From positions 750,001 through 782,000 of the forward strand of contig MGBH01000001.1 in assembly GCA_001790095.1 (NCBI GenBank): 32,000 nt of DNA, given 5' to 3'. Positions 17,443 through 26,498 of the stretch are shown one piece after another. The translations under genes and the position numbers were made by a program. The notes below the pieces were generated by a model. That model saw nothing but the letters and a program-made list of their open reading frames with translations. It was not told where the DNA came from and searched no databases. This DNA is from Candidatus Saccharimonadota bacterium. Its GTDB lineage: Bacteria; Patescibacteriota; Microgenomatia; UBA1406; GWC2-37-13. Position 1 is the first letter of the stretch. The number at the start of each line of letters is the position of its first letter.

Positions 17443-17772
17443 ATGTTAAAGCAACCGGTAATTCGTTTTATGATTGGTTCGGGTTTGGGCCTTTTCTTTT
17501 TGCTCAGCTTTCAGCTTGAGCAATGGAAAAACTGGTTCATCGGTGGCGTTCTGGTCATAATCGTGTTTGGCTTCATCGGTCTCATGACCACGCCTCGCAC
17601 TCACACGACCACGCCTCCCGTCTCAACCCGCTCCATCGATCCGGATACAATCAAACGCTACACCATCGAAATGCTGCGCGAAATCCGGGTTGACACCACG
17701 TCCGGGCGGATTGAGATCAACCAAAACCTGGAAGAAGCCGTAGAAACGTTCATCCGCAATATCTTCAGCTAA
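17443..17772 (+). CDS. small membrane protein (109 aa, two predicted TM segments)
   Basis: AAGGAG (17428-17433) lies 9 nt upstream of the ATG. Hydrophobic N-terminal half. GC clearly above that of the flanking genome. Confidence 0.65.
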   Translation: MLKQPVIRFMIGSGLGLFFLLSFQLEQWKNWFIGGVLVIIVFGFIGLMTTPRTHTTTPPVSTRSIDPDTIKRYTIEMLREIRVDTTSGRIEINQNLEEAVETFIRNIFS

Positions 17773-17782
17773 GGAGACAACC

Positions 17783-18970
17783 ATGAAGAAAATCTGCAAA
17801 ACCAAGAAGTACATCGCCCTGGCCGCATTGTTTGTTTTGCTGGCCATTGTGGCCTCGGCCTGCGTAGGTGGCGCCGCCCCTGGTGCCTCCCCTGCTGCCG
17901 CGACCACGACCGCATCGGCCCCTGCCGCTGCTGCCAATACCGAAACCCCCACCCCTACCCCCACCCAGACCCAGACCAGCACCGCAACCTCGGCTGCCGG
18001 GACAAGCACCCCCATGTCGCCTTTGGCGACGGTGGTTGAAGCTTTGTCTCCGCTGCCCTCGGAAACGCCGAGCAACACGCCGGTCCCGACCAACACGCCG
18101 GTCCCGACCAACACGCCGGTCCCGACCAACACGCCGGTCCCGACCAACACAGCCGCGCCGACCGCGACCATCGCTCCGGTTTGCCCCCTGGCAACCCCCG
18201 GTGTAACCGCTGTCCCACCGTGCGCAACGCCTGTGCCGAGCACCCCTGTGCCCACCACCACCGCAGTGCCAGCCTACGCCTGCCCTGAGATTCCATACAC
18301 GAGCTTGGAGATGATTCAAGATATTATTGATACAGCGGCCCAAAACCGCCCAAGCACAAACGGTGTGGAAGAGCTCAACAGGTGGTTGAACGACTTCGTT
18401 GTCACGCCGCTCTCAAGCGTTCCTGGCCGCCGCGACTTTGGCCCCGGAGAAGTTGACTTCTGCAATGTTTCGCTGGTCATCGGTCAGTTCCCGACCAGGG
18501 ATACATGCGAAAGCGACTTTCTGCCCATCGGTGGATTCGTCACCGGCTACCCGGACGCAGAGGAATATGGACTATACACTGTTTCTGGCAAACACCAGAT
18601 GACTAACGGTGGGTTCACATTCAACCTGCTACCGAACGCCCTAGACGCCATCCTCGATACTGCAGCAGCCAACAAGCCCGCCACGTTTGAAGAGCAAAAG
18701 ATCTGGTTCAACAACCTGGTCTTGGCCGTGGACAACTTCACCGGGGACGATGCAAACCGCTTCAACGCCCGCTCCGTGTACGGAGGCGTTGGTTCGCTGA
18801 ACTGGAACGGCTATGACACTAACCTGTCCTACGCCTGCCAGTATCAACCGATTGAGCGGCTCAGCGTGCCTGGCTATGCTGGCTTTTTCCTGTTCTGGGG
18901 CAACTGGACGTTCGCTAACCCGAGCGCCTCATTCCCCGACTGGGAGTACATCCAGACCGGCATCAAATAA
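17783..18970 (+). CDS. GC-rich putative lipoprotein with an Ala/Pro/Thr-rich linker and a C-terminal domain of unknown function
   Basis: AAGGAG (17771-17776) lies 6 nt upstream of the ATG. Signal peptide ending LAIVASAC (lipobox-like). NTPVPT x4 linker. Roughly 230-aa C-terminal region with an internal duplication. Confidence 0.75.
   Translation: MKKICKTKKYIALAALFVLLAIVASACVGGAAPGASPAAATTTASAPAAAANTETPTPTPTQTQTSTATSAAGTSTPMSPLATVVEALSPLPSETPSNTPVPTNTPVPTNTPVPTNTPVPTNTAAPTATIAPVCPLATPGVTAVPPCATPVPSTPVPTTTAVPAYACPEIPYTSLEMIQDIIDTAAQNRPSTNGVEELNRWLNDFVVTPLSSVPGRRDFGPGEVDFCNVSLVIGQFPTRDTCESDFLPIGGFVTGYPDAEEYGLYTVSGKHQMTNGGFTFNLLPNALDAILDTAAANKPATFEEQKIWFNNLVLAVDNFTGDDANRFNARSVYGGVGSLNWNGYDTNLSYACQYQPIERLSVPGYAGFFLFWGNWTFANPSASFPDWEYIQTGIK
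18074..18163 (+). repeat. 18-bp in-frame tandem repeat: 4 exact copies plus 1 degenerate copy
   Basis: AACACGCCGGTCCCGACC occupies 18074-18145, followed by AACACAGCCGCGCCGACC. It encodes NTPVPT repeats. Confidence 0.95.
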
Positions 18971-19249
18971 CCCGCCCAAAAAACGTGCGGAAGGAGGTGA
19001 TTGTTGATCATTACCTCACCTAAACCCAAAAGGAGGGATACAGAAGCCTACAAAGCTTCCCGGGACCCTCCAAAGCATAAGGTAATCAAGTTTGTCTGTC
19101 ACACGACAAACTAGTATTGTAAAAGTCTCTACGAGACCCGAGTTTGATGACATTCGTCATCCGATCTTTCCGATCGTACAAAAAACTCACAATATACACC
19201 TTATGCTTTTCCCTATGACTACAATGCGTTGTGGTCAGAGAGAAAAGCT

Positions 19250-20215
19250 ATGAAAAATCAAACCCAAAAAAACAATTCCTCCGTCGCTAAAGCTATGGAG
19301 GACAAGCCGCTGGTTTCAGTCATCATACCCGTATTTAACGGTTCTCCTTTTTTGGAGGAAACCATTACGTCTGTATTTAACAGCACCTATAAAAACATTG
19401 AGGTACTTCTTATAGATGACGGATCAACCGACAAAAGTAAAGAGTTGTGTCATAGGTTGGAAAAAAGATACAAAAAAGTGCGTTTTTACTCTTTTCCAAA
19501 AAATAAAGGTTTGGGAAGAGTATTGAACTTTGCCCTTCGTCAGGCTCACGGCGAACTCATCTGTCGGATCAATCAAGATGACAGGATGCTGCGTTATCGC
19601 ATACAGACACAGGTCGATTTTATGGACAAAAATCCCGAGATAGTAGCTGTGGGATCATCTATCAAGCTTTTTGAAAACAATGGCAAAAAACAAATCGTAC
19701 ATTTTTTACAGCGGGATCAGGAGATCAAAAAGATGTGGCACATCGTAAGCCCATTTGCAGATCCGTCTGTGATGTATAGAAAAAGTGTTGCCCGTAAGGT
19801 CGGAGGATACAAACAAGAGTTCTGGCCGGGTGATGATACTCATTTATGGGTACGCATGGGTACTAGGGGCAAGCTTGCCAATATTGATAAACCACTCGTG
19901 GAGGTACGATATCATAGTAAAGCAGCCTCTGTCAGATACTTTAAAAAGTTGACTGTTGTCACTTATAAACTCCACAGATGGATGCATAATCATGTGCAAA
20001 AAGCAGCGTTACCCGTACAGCTCTTTTGGATAGGACAACTGATAGCTGGTCTTTTATTACCTCCTGATATGAATTGGAATATATATCGGATATTAAAGAG
20101 AGTGATTTATTTTGCTGCAGGAGTCGCCCATTTTTTGCGCAATCTTAAAGTAAAAAATACGATCGTAGCAAAAGTAATCCCCCACCCTATGGCGCTTAAC
20201 CGCTCCGGCCAGTAA
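19250..20215 (+). CDS. family 2 glycosyltransferase
   Basis: VSVIIPVFNGSPFLEETITSVFNSTYKNIEVLLIDDGSTDKS and a DD motif are typical of GT2. I prefer ATG 19250 over the track's TTG 19229. Confidence 0.85.
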   Translation: MKNQTQKNNSSVAKAMEDKPLVSVIIPVFNGSPFLEETITSVFNSTYKNIEVLLIDDGSTDKSKELCHRLEKRYKKVRFYSFPKNKGLGRVLNFALRQAHGELICRINQDDRMLRYRIQTQVDFMDKNPEIVAVGSSIKLFENNGKKQIVHFLQRDQEIKKMWHIVSPFADPSVMYRKSVARKVGGYKQEFWPGDDTHLWVRMGTRGKLANIDKPLVEVRYHSKAASVRYFKKLTVVTYKLHRWMHNHVQKAALPVQLFWIGQLIAGLLLPPDMNWNIYRILKRVIYFAAGVAHFLRNLKVKNTIVAKVIPHPMALNRSGQ

Positions 20216-23200
20216 AAAATATACAGATTCGAACTGTTTAATTTGTTGTTTATCTCAAAACAGTTAGCAAATCCATCACATCGTATACTCTTTGTCATAC
20301 TTTTTCCAAATAAAACATTGACTAATCCATCATATACTCCCCATTGACTGTCATAACCTTCATTAAACTTAAGAAGGATTTTTTTATCGCTTTCTTCTTG
20401 TCCAACAAAAGCAATCTTCCATAAGGACGGAATGATCTGTTTATATGCAAACTCCCCTGGCATATCATAGATAGTTTTACTATCAAAAGGCTGTAAACGT
20501 AAGGTTGCCCAGCTGTTGGGCATCTCTACGATATTCATATTGCCAACTGTAAACAGTCCTTCATTTTCTGTAAATTGTTTAATGAAAAAGCTTTTATCCT
20601 TTTTATCCTCATAGTCAAAGCGAGGATATATGTAGGTGTAAGCTTGCTTAAAAACTGTATCTTGGAATGCTTTTCTTATCTCATCTGCGCTTGTCAGAAA
20701 CTCAGGCTCAGACAGCTTTTTAAACTCAGGGATGTTTGGATATCCTTGATGTAAAGATATGCGTTCATTTACGTACTGTAGATACTCATCTTGCATAATA
20801 AAGCTTGGATACTGGCCAGATGCAAGATTATAATCAATCTGCCACAGATAGAAATTGTCACTTGAGAATGGAAGTTGCCGTAAAAAAGTATTATCACAAT
20901 GTTCTGTATAGCTTACAATACTATCACCTTTCAAACGGAATGTCTGATAATAGGAACAGGTGGTATTATAATACCAAAGCGATCTTTTTCCCGTTTCATA
21001 ATAGGAAGCATGGGGAGACTGCGGAGTGGGAAAAGATATGTCAACATGAGATCCCTCCCCTATATCAACTTCTGATTGTTTAATAATTTTAGGAATACTT
21101 ACTTTACGTGTTTGTACACTTTCATATGTGTCAATATACATCTCTTTGATCTGAGAGTTCACCTCCTCATATCCTATCCTCCGTAAGCCCAAGAATAAAA
21201 GAGGCTTATACATGTTGTCAATAGGCCGTATTGTTCCAATGGACTCAGTTCTCTCTTCTCCTATTTGCACATCATCTTCGTTATAACAATCATCAACCTG
21301 CGCCTCCTTCAAACACACCTTCAGGTGCATGGGTTTGGGAAGTTCGTCAATAACGCTTTTTAAAATTGGTTTTGTGGAAGACCTATCAAGATATCCATAT
21401 TCCTTATCAAGACTCTGCAAACTACCTAAGGTGGTAAAATGAAGCTCTGCATACGTTGATTTGGCATCAAGATATGAGGAAAGATCTGACCAAACACATA
21501 CCGACCCATTTTTTGATGCGATATCTAGAGAGGAGGACGCAGTTTGCATTGAAAAAATAAAGTCCTTCATCGCGTCCTTATAACACTCATCATTTGGTAT
21601 CGCTTTAAAGCTTCTCATATCAATAGGCGTCTGCTTTGTACGCTGAAGTAATTCAACAGCAAAAGGTGATCTATGGACCATAGTTGAACCCATATATGTA
21701 TTAGTTGAAGTTAATCTTTTGACTGATCCTAACACTACCCCATCTATACGTACACGCATGTCTATATCTCTATTGTTTTTTACATCAAAGACAAACTCTC
21801 CTAAAGGATCAATAAAATCCTTTCCTTCAATGGTGGGTGCATACCTATGAAAAAGACGTATGACGACACGATCTCCTGACAGACGGGCATATGTGTCAAC
21901 CAAATATGTTTGATGAGCTTTTGGATCATCCATGATGATCTTGTAAGTACCGGGTATAAAAAGACGTTCTCCTGGAACCGCCACATGTATATTGTCAGGT
22001 GAAGAGCTAATTGTGTTGTTCTTTTCCTCAAACGGGAAAACAACCTTGCCTTCCCTTTTCTCAATCTGTAGCGTATGCTCTTCATCGTTTAATCCCGCAA
22101 ACGGGACAGAAGCAGGAACTGATAGAGCTGTTTTTGTGGCGCTTGTAAGAAATTGGATTTTTGGATCAACATCAACTACTTTATATAAAGTAATAGGTAG
22201 GGATTTAGCACCATCTAAATCATCTGTATATGTTTTTTTATAGGGATATTCTCCTTTATAAATATCTGTCATCTCATCAAGTGATACTTTATACTCAGAA
22301 ACCAAAGCGATAAAACCGTTTTTCTCAGCCTGTTGAAGAAGCTTCTTAGTGCTTTTTATACTAAATGAGCCCCAAACGTCTATCCCCCTTGCATTCAGTC
22401 TTGTTGAGACGGTTTCATCAAACACAATATATTTAACACTCACTTTCTTAGCCATCTCATAAAGCTGAAAAGCTCGAGCAGTCAAACTGTCCTCATCCTC
22501 AACCGCCTGAATATTTTCCTGCAGAGAATTAGTCATCTTATCGATAGCTGCGTTTTCTAAACTTGCGGGTTCAAACGTCTTATCAAATATTGGCTTATCA
22601 AGCATAAAGTTCAAAAATGAAGAGCTGTATAATCCCCAGTAGTATGGTTTCCAATAATAATTGGATCTATCCATTGGCAAATGCATAACCCGAACGTCTT
22701 CAGGATCATTATTTACAAGGGAGGTTAACTGCTTGTAAGCTTGCGGAATCTTATTGTACATGAAAAACCCAATAAGATTTCCCTTGAAGTACTCTTGAAA
22801 TAAAAATACGGTCGGTACTATAACTAACCCAAAAAAAACACCTATCAGATATCGGCGATTGACGCGCTTTGACATGAAGTCAAATAGATATATACATGCC
22901 ATAGCTGCAAGTATGCTGCCCGTAAAGGCTAAATACGGATGAAACTTCGTGTCGGCAAACCTGAAAACTATACCAAATAGAGGAATATATTTTGTTAGAA
23001 AAGAATATACAAATCCTAGGATTGAATACTCCTTTAGGGAAAGAAAAAGGAAAATTATAAGATTAAGAGGGATCCAAAGCCACTCACGTCTAAATCTGGT
23101 TTTAATCATGAGAAGTACTGCACCGATACAATACAATATAGGAAATAGATATAAAACTAAAAGGTTGTTTGGGTATTGAGCAAATATATTCGCAAGCGGA

Positions 23201-24117
23201 TGAAAAAACATCTGACGTGATATTTGTGTATTTACAAATTTCATGTCAAAAAACTGTGGGAAAAATATCATTTGTTTCTTCGCGTCATAATAATCCTTGC
23301 TTTTATTGGTAAATCCTTCATTGGCATCAATGAAAGTTGAAGTCAGAGGAACAACCTGTGATTTATTAAGAGTGTAATTGATAAAAGGACCAATCCAAAA
23401 AGCATTGAGAAGTAAAAATACTGCAAAAATGAATATTGCCTTTTTTAATCTCTGCTGAACTAAGGTGAAAATTCCTAAAGAAACTCCTGTTGTTATAAAT
23501 ACAGTAGGAACCATATAGCTTCCTGTTGATAAAAAAAACAGGATAAGGAATAACGTCACCCTTCTCCATCCTAAATGTGTCCCATGCAGGATACGCAAAA
23601 AGAAGTAGAATAAAAATGGAAGTGTATAAAAGCGAGTCACAAACATCACCATCGGAAAGTAGAAAACAGCCAACGTGTTGAGATTAAACAAATAAAAAAA
23701 CGAGGTTATAAAAGCAAAGGCGTCCTGATATTTATGAAACCGCTCCTCATGGTTTAACAACCGCCATATATAAGAAGAAAGCACATACATTCCCAAAATC
23801 CCCACACAGAAGGCAAATAAATAATAAAGCTGGTCAAGGGAGTTCTCATGGATAAATGGACTCAAAACCAAAAAGAATAGTTGCCTGGGTAGATCTGTTA
23901 CTTCCGCATCAGACGGTACACCCATGCCACGATACCCTCTCCATGTGGCAAACAAAGTACGAAATATGTTGGTCTTTAAGTTAAAGTATGAGGAGTAATT
24001 ATCCCATCCTAAAAAAGAAAATTGAGGCTTAAACGTTACAATACAGATTGCAGCAAGTATAAATATAAGTAACAATAAAAAGGGCTTTTTTTGAGTATGT
24101 TTCACAAACGCATTCAT
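20107..24117 (-). CDS. very large polytopic membrane protein, GT-C glycosyltransferase-like architecture (AftD/YfhO-type), about 1336 aa
   Basis: About 480 aa of repeated hydrophobic segments, then a large soluble region, then a C-terminal TM segment followed by RLRKK. Start moved to ATG 24117 (MNAFVKH), which has TATAAT (reverse complement of 24125-24130) 7 nt upstream. Confidence 0.6.
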   Translation of the reverse strand: MNAFVKHTQKKPFLLLLIFILAAICIVTFKPQFSFLGWDNYSSYFNLKTNIFRTLFATWRGYRGMGVPSDAEVTDLPRQLFFLVLSPFIHENSLDQLYYLFAFCVGILGMYVLSSYIWRLLNHEERFHKYQDAFAFITSFFYLFNLNTLAVFYFPMVMFVTRFYTLPFLFYFFLRILHGTHLGWRRVTLFLILFFLSTGSYMVPTVFITTGVSLGIFTLVQQRLKKAIFIFAVFLLLNAFWIGPFINYTLNKSQVVPLTSTFIDANEGFTNKSKDYYDAKKQMIFFPQFFDMKFVNTQISRQMFFHPLANIFAQYPNNLLVLYLFPILYCIGAVLLMIKTRFRREWLWIPLNLIIFLFLSLKEYSILGFVYSFLTKYIPLFGIVFRFADTKFHPYLAFTGSILAAMACIYLFDFMSKRVNRRYLIGVFFGLVIVPTVFLFQEYFKGNLIGFFMYNKIPQAYKQLTSLVNNDPEDVRVMHLPMDRSNYYWKPYYWGLYSSSFLNFMLDKPIFDKTFEPASLENAAIDKMTNSLQENIQAVEDEDSLTARAFQLYEMAKKVSVKYIVFDETVSTRLNARGIDVWGSFSIKSTKKLLQQAEKNGFIALVSEYKVSLDEMTDIYKGEYPYKKTYTDDLDGAKSLPITLYKVVDVDPKIQFLTSATKTALSVPASVPFAGLNDEEHTLQIEKREGKVVFPFEEKNNTISSSPDNIHVAVPGERLFIPGTYKIIMDDPKAHQTYLVDTYARLSGDRVVIRLFHRYAPTIEGKDFIDPLGEFVFDVKNNRDIDMRVRIDGVVLGSVKRLTSTNTYMGSTMVHRSPFAVELLQRTKQTPIDMRSFKAIPNDECYKDAMKDFIFSMQTASSSLDIASKNGSVCVWSDLSSYLDAKSTYAELHFTTLGSLQSLDKEYGYLDRSSTKPILKSVIDELPKPMHLKVCLKEAQVDDCYNEDDVQIGEERTESIGTIRPIDNMYKPLLFLGLRRIGYEEVNSQIKEMYIDTYESVQTRKVSIPKIIKQSEVDIGEGSHVDISFPTPQSPHASYYETGKRSLWYYNTTCSYYQTFRLKGDSIVSYTEHCDNTFLRQLPFSSDNFYLWQIDYNLASGQYPSFIMQDEYLQYVNERISLHQGYPNIPEFKKLSEPEFLTSADEIRKAFQDTVFKQAYTYIYPRFDYEDKKDKSFFIKQFTENEGLFTVGNMNIVEMPNSWATLRLQPFDSKTIYDMPGEFAYKQIIPSLWKIAFVGQEESDKKILLKFNEGYDSQWGVYDGLVNVLFGKSMTKSIRCDGFANCFEINNKLNSSNLYIFYWPERLSAIGWGITFATIVFFTLRLRKKWATPAAK

Positions 24118-24148
24118 GATATTGATTATATTATAATTATAGATAACG

Positions 24149-25762
24149 ATGAACCAATTCCTTAGCAGAATACGTAAGAATCCGTTTTTAATACTCTTAA
24201 TAGTCCTTTTACATACCTTAATAATCAATATAATATGGCTTAATCTTAATCATGTCCCACCTGAGTGGGATGAAGCAAATCATACAAGCGGCGCATTGGA
24301 ATACGCTTATTTTTTTTCTCAGCTCTTTCACGGCAATATTAATCTTGGCCTGCTCTTGCAACCTCTAAATAATCCTTATTTTCCCCTCGCTAAAATGATC
24401 GCTGGCATCATGATGACCTTAACCTATCCCCATATTACAATTGCCCAATTCACTGGCACCCTGTTTTTTATCGGAAGCATCTTTTTTATATATCTAGTTA
24501 CTCTCAAGATGACCAAATCCAGGAAATCGAGCCTAGTAGCCGCAGCCCTTTTTGCCGTATCCCCATATGTTATAGACAGATCGCGGATACTTTCTTTGGA
24601 TATGGGGGTATTATTTTTTTACGTCAGTTCATTTTATGCGTATGTAGAAAGTGAATATCTACAACGTAAAAAATATAGCATTATTTTTTTTATCCTCACA
24701 ACGTGTGCTATCCTCACTAAGATGCAGGCCTTTACTTATTATGTCCCTCTTGCTTTTTTTACTCTTTTTTATCATAAAAAAAGGGGTTTTTCCAAACAAA
24801 CAATAGCTAATATCATCGTAGGATTTATAATAACCCTTGCATGTGTACTTCCTGTATTTATTTTTGTCCACAAAAGTTTGATATCATATTATTTCATCGC
24901 ATCAAAGGCACAGTTCACAGCCCCAATTGGATTATTGAATCTTCAAACATGGCTGTATTATCCTGAACAACTTGTCCATGGATTCTTTCCTTTATATGTT
25001 TTTCCACTTCTTGCGATTGGACTTTGGATTTTTATGAGAAACACAGATAAATATAAAAAACTCCTTATTGTTCAGATAATTGGCATATATCTTATATATT
25101 CATATATACCCAATAAAGGACTTCGTTTTATTTTTCCCATAATACCTATATGTATCATCTCTTTTGCTATCGGAATACGCAAACTTCTTTTGAAGGATAA
25201 TGTATTTTTTATGGTGTTTTTTTATATCTTAACAACCGGACTATTAATCAATAATACCTTAAGTTTTTCCCTTTTCCCACAGCTCAAACCCCTCTTTTAT
25301 TATCAATGGAATGTCTTGCGACCATACCAAACCGAGTTTTATCCCCTTGAAAAACTCAGTTCTGATATGCGGAAATATATCGATTCAGCCCAGAATGAAA
25401 GAGTGCTTATGATCCCTAATTTTGAATATTTCAATATAAACTCGATCAATATGTATTTACGCCTAAACAATGTGACCCATATAACAGCAACAATACCTAA
25501 GGAGGATACTATCTACACCAATTACTTTGAGAATCGTCAGAGCCTCATAGGGCTTTCTGATCATGCTTTTGCTTTGATCTCAGATGGAGATGTCGGATCT
25601 CCATGGCTCATCGATCTCAATGACGTGCAGCAACTTGAACTTCAGCACCTGTATCAACAGCATATATATGCACTTATTGAGAATAATAAAGCTGAGATAC
25701 TATCCTCATACCTTCTCCCCTCTCATGTCACAATACATCTCGTAAGAATAAAAACAGATTAA
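24149..25762 (+). CDS. GT-C family glycosyltransferase (ArnT/PMT, GT39/GT83-like)
   Basis: Polytopic. An acidic first-loop motif (PPEWDEANH) follows TM1, as in ArnT/PMT-type enzymes. Divergent from the large GT-C-like gene. Confidence 0.6.
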   Translation: MNQFLSRIRKNPFLILLIVLLHTLIINIIWLNLNHVPPEWDEANHTSGALEYAYFFSQLFHGNINLGLLLQPLNNPYFPLAKMIAGIMMTLTYPHITIAQFTGTLFFIGSIFFIYLVTLKMTKSRKSSLVAAALFAVSPYVIDRSRILSLDMGVLFFYVSSFYAYVESEYLQRKKYSIIFFILTTCAILTKMQAFTYYVPLAFFTLFYHKKRGFSKQTIANIIVGFIITLACVLPVFIFVHKSLISYYFIASKAQFTAPIGLLNLQTWLYYPEQLVHGFFPLYVFPLLAIGLWIFMRNTDKYKKLLIVQIIGIYLIYSYIPNKGLRFIFPIIPICIISFAIGIRKLLLKDNVFFMVFFYILTTGLLINNTLSFSLFPQLKPLFYYQWNVLRPYQTEFYPLEKLSSDMRKYIDSAQNERVLMIPNFEYFNINSINMYLRLNNVTHITATIPKEDTIYTNYFENRQSLIGLSDHAFALISDGDVGSPWLIDLNDVQQLELQHLYQQHIYALIENNKAEILSSYLLPSHVTIHLVRIKTD

Positions 25763-25790
25763 TATATTAAGACTGTATTTTTAGCTTTAT

Positions 25791-25819
25791 TTGACAGCAA
25801 AGCTCTGTTGTGATACAAT
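25791..25819 (+). promoter_or_regulatory. sigma70-type promoter with an extended -10 (TTGACA-17 nt-TACAAT, TGa upstream)
   Basis: TTGACA at 25791-25796, TG at 25811-25812 and TACAAT at 25814-25819. Confidence 0.6.
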
Positions 25820-25847
25820 ATGTCTATTGTAAGTTATCATCATAACT

Positions 25848-26441
25848 ATGCCAAAAACAGAACTCTCACGTCGTGATTTTGGGAAACTTGTTCTTGGAGC
25901 ACTTGGACTTCTTCCCCTTGCTGAACCTATGATAGAAGGAGCTATATATCAAGCTTTAACACAACCAGGACATGAATCTCTTTATCCTCCAGGAATTACT
26001 CCTCTTAATTATGACGAATCAAATGGTGACCGAAATCCCCGCGGACAAAGAAGAATAGTTGCAGGTTATCTTCGTGATGTAATGGGTATGGGACAAAATG
26101 CAGATGAAGGACAGTTAATAACTGCTATTCAACAGATCCAGCAAGAAGCACAAAATGCACATGCCACAACCATAGTCGATCAAGAAAGCATTGACTTTAG
26201 TACTCTCCCTCAAGGATCTCAATGGCTTGTTTGGATAAGTAATCGAAACAATGTCATACAGGCACCAGCTGATCTTCAACAACCGTTTGGTATGCCAGGC
26301 ATAACTTTTCCCCATTTAGATGGATATGTGGCTCTAGTACATGCATTTGATCCACGGGTACCTGACCGAAATATTGCAACATTTCAATGTAAACCAGGAC
26401 TTCCCACAGATCAAAGATTCTGGGCTGTTGCTATAAAGTAA
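25848..26441 (+). CDS. hypothetical exported protein with a twin-arginine-type signal peptide
   Basis: N-terminus MPKTELSRRDFGKLVLGALGLLPLAEP fits the S-R-R-x-F-x-K motif followed by a hydrophobic region. Confidence 0.65.
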   Translation: MPKTELSRRDFGKLVLGALGLLPLAEPMIEGAIYQALTQPGHESLYPPGITPLNYDESNGDRNPRGQRRIVAGYLRDVMGMGQNADEGQLITAIQQIQQEAQNAHATTIVDQESIDFSTLPQGSQWLVWISNRNNVIQAPADLQQPFGMPGITFPHLDGYVALVHAFDPRVPDRNIATFQCKPGLPTDQRFWAVAIK

Positions 26442-26498
26442 CTCTTAATATATAAAATAGCATAGTAGAGACACTCAAATCACGCTATAATATGAGCA

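Noticed and set aside
17623-18343. Long ORFs in other frames and on the antisense strand of the GC-rich gene: 17623..18261(-), 17765..18343(-), 17868..18206(+), 17955..18296(-), and also 18399-19007.
   Set aside because: High GC removes stop codons in all frames. Their translations are low-complexity Arg/Gly/Pro runs. Only the 17783..18970 frame has an SD, a signal peptide and globular-looking sequence.
16538-19227. Imperfect 15-nt direct repeat (CTATGATTATATTGC at 16538-52, CTATGACTACAATGC at 19213-27) that would bracket the foreign segment like a target-site duplication.
   Set aside because: Identity is only 12/15. By my rough estimate, a match like this is expected by chance when two ~100-nt AT-rich junction windows are compared. 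It stays a hypothesis only; I found no terminal inverted repeats.
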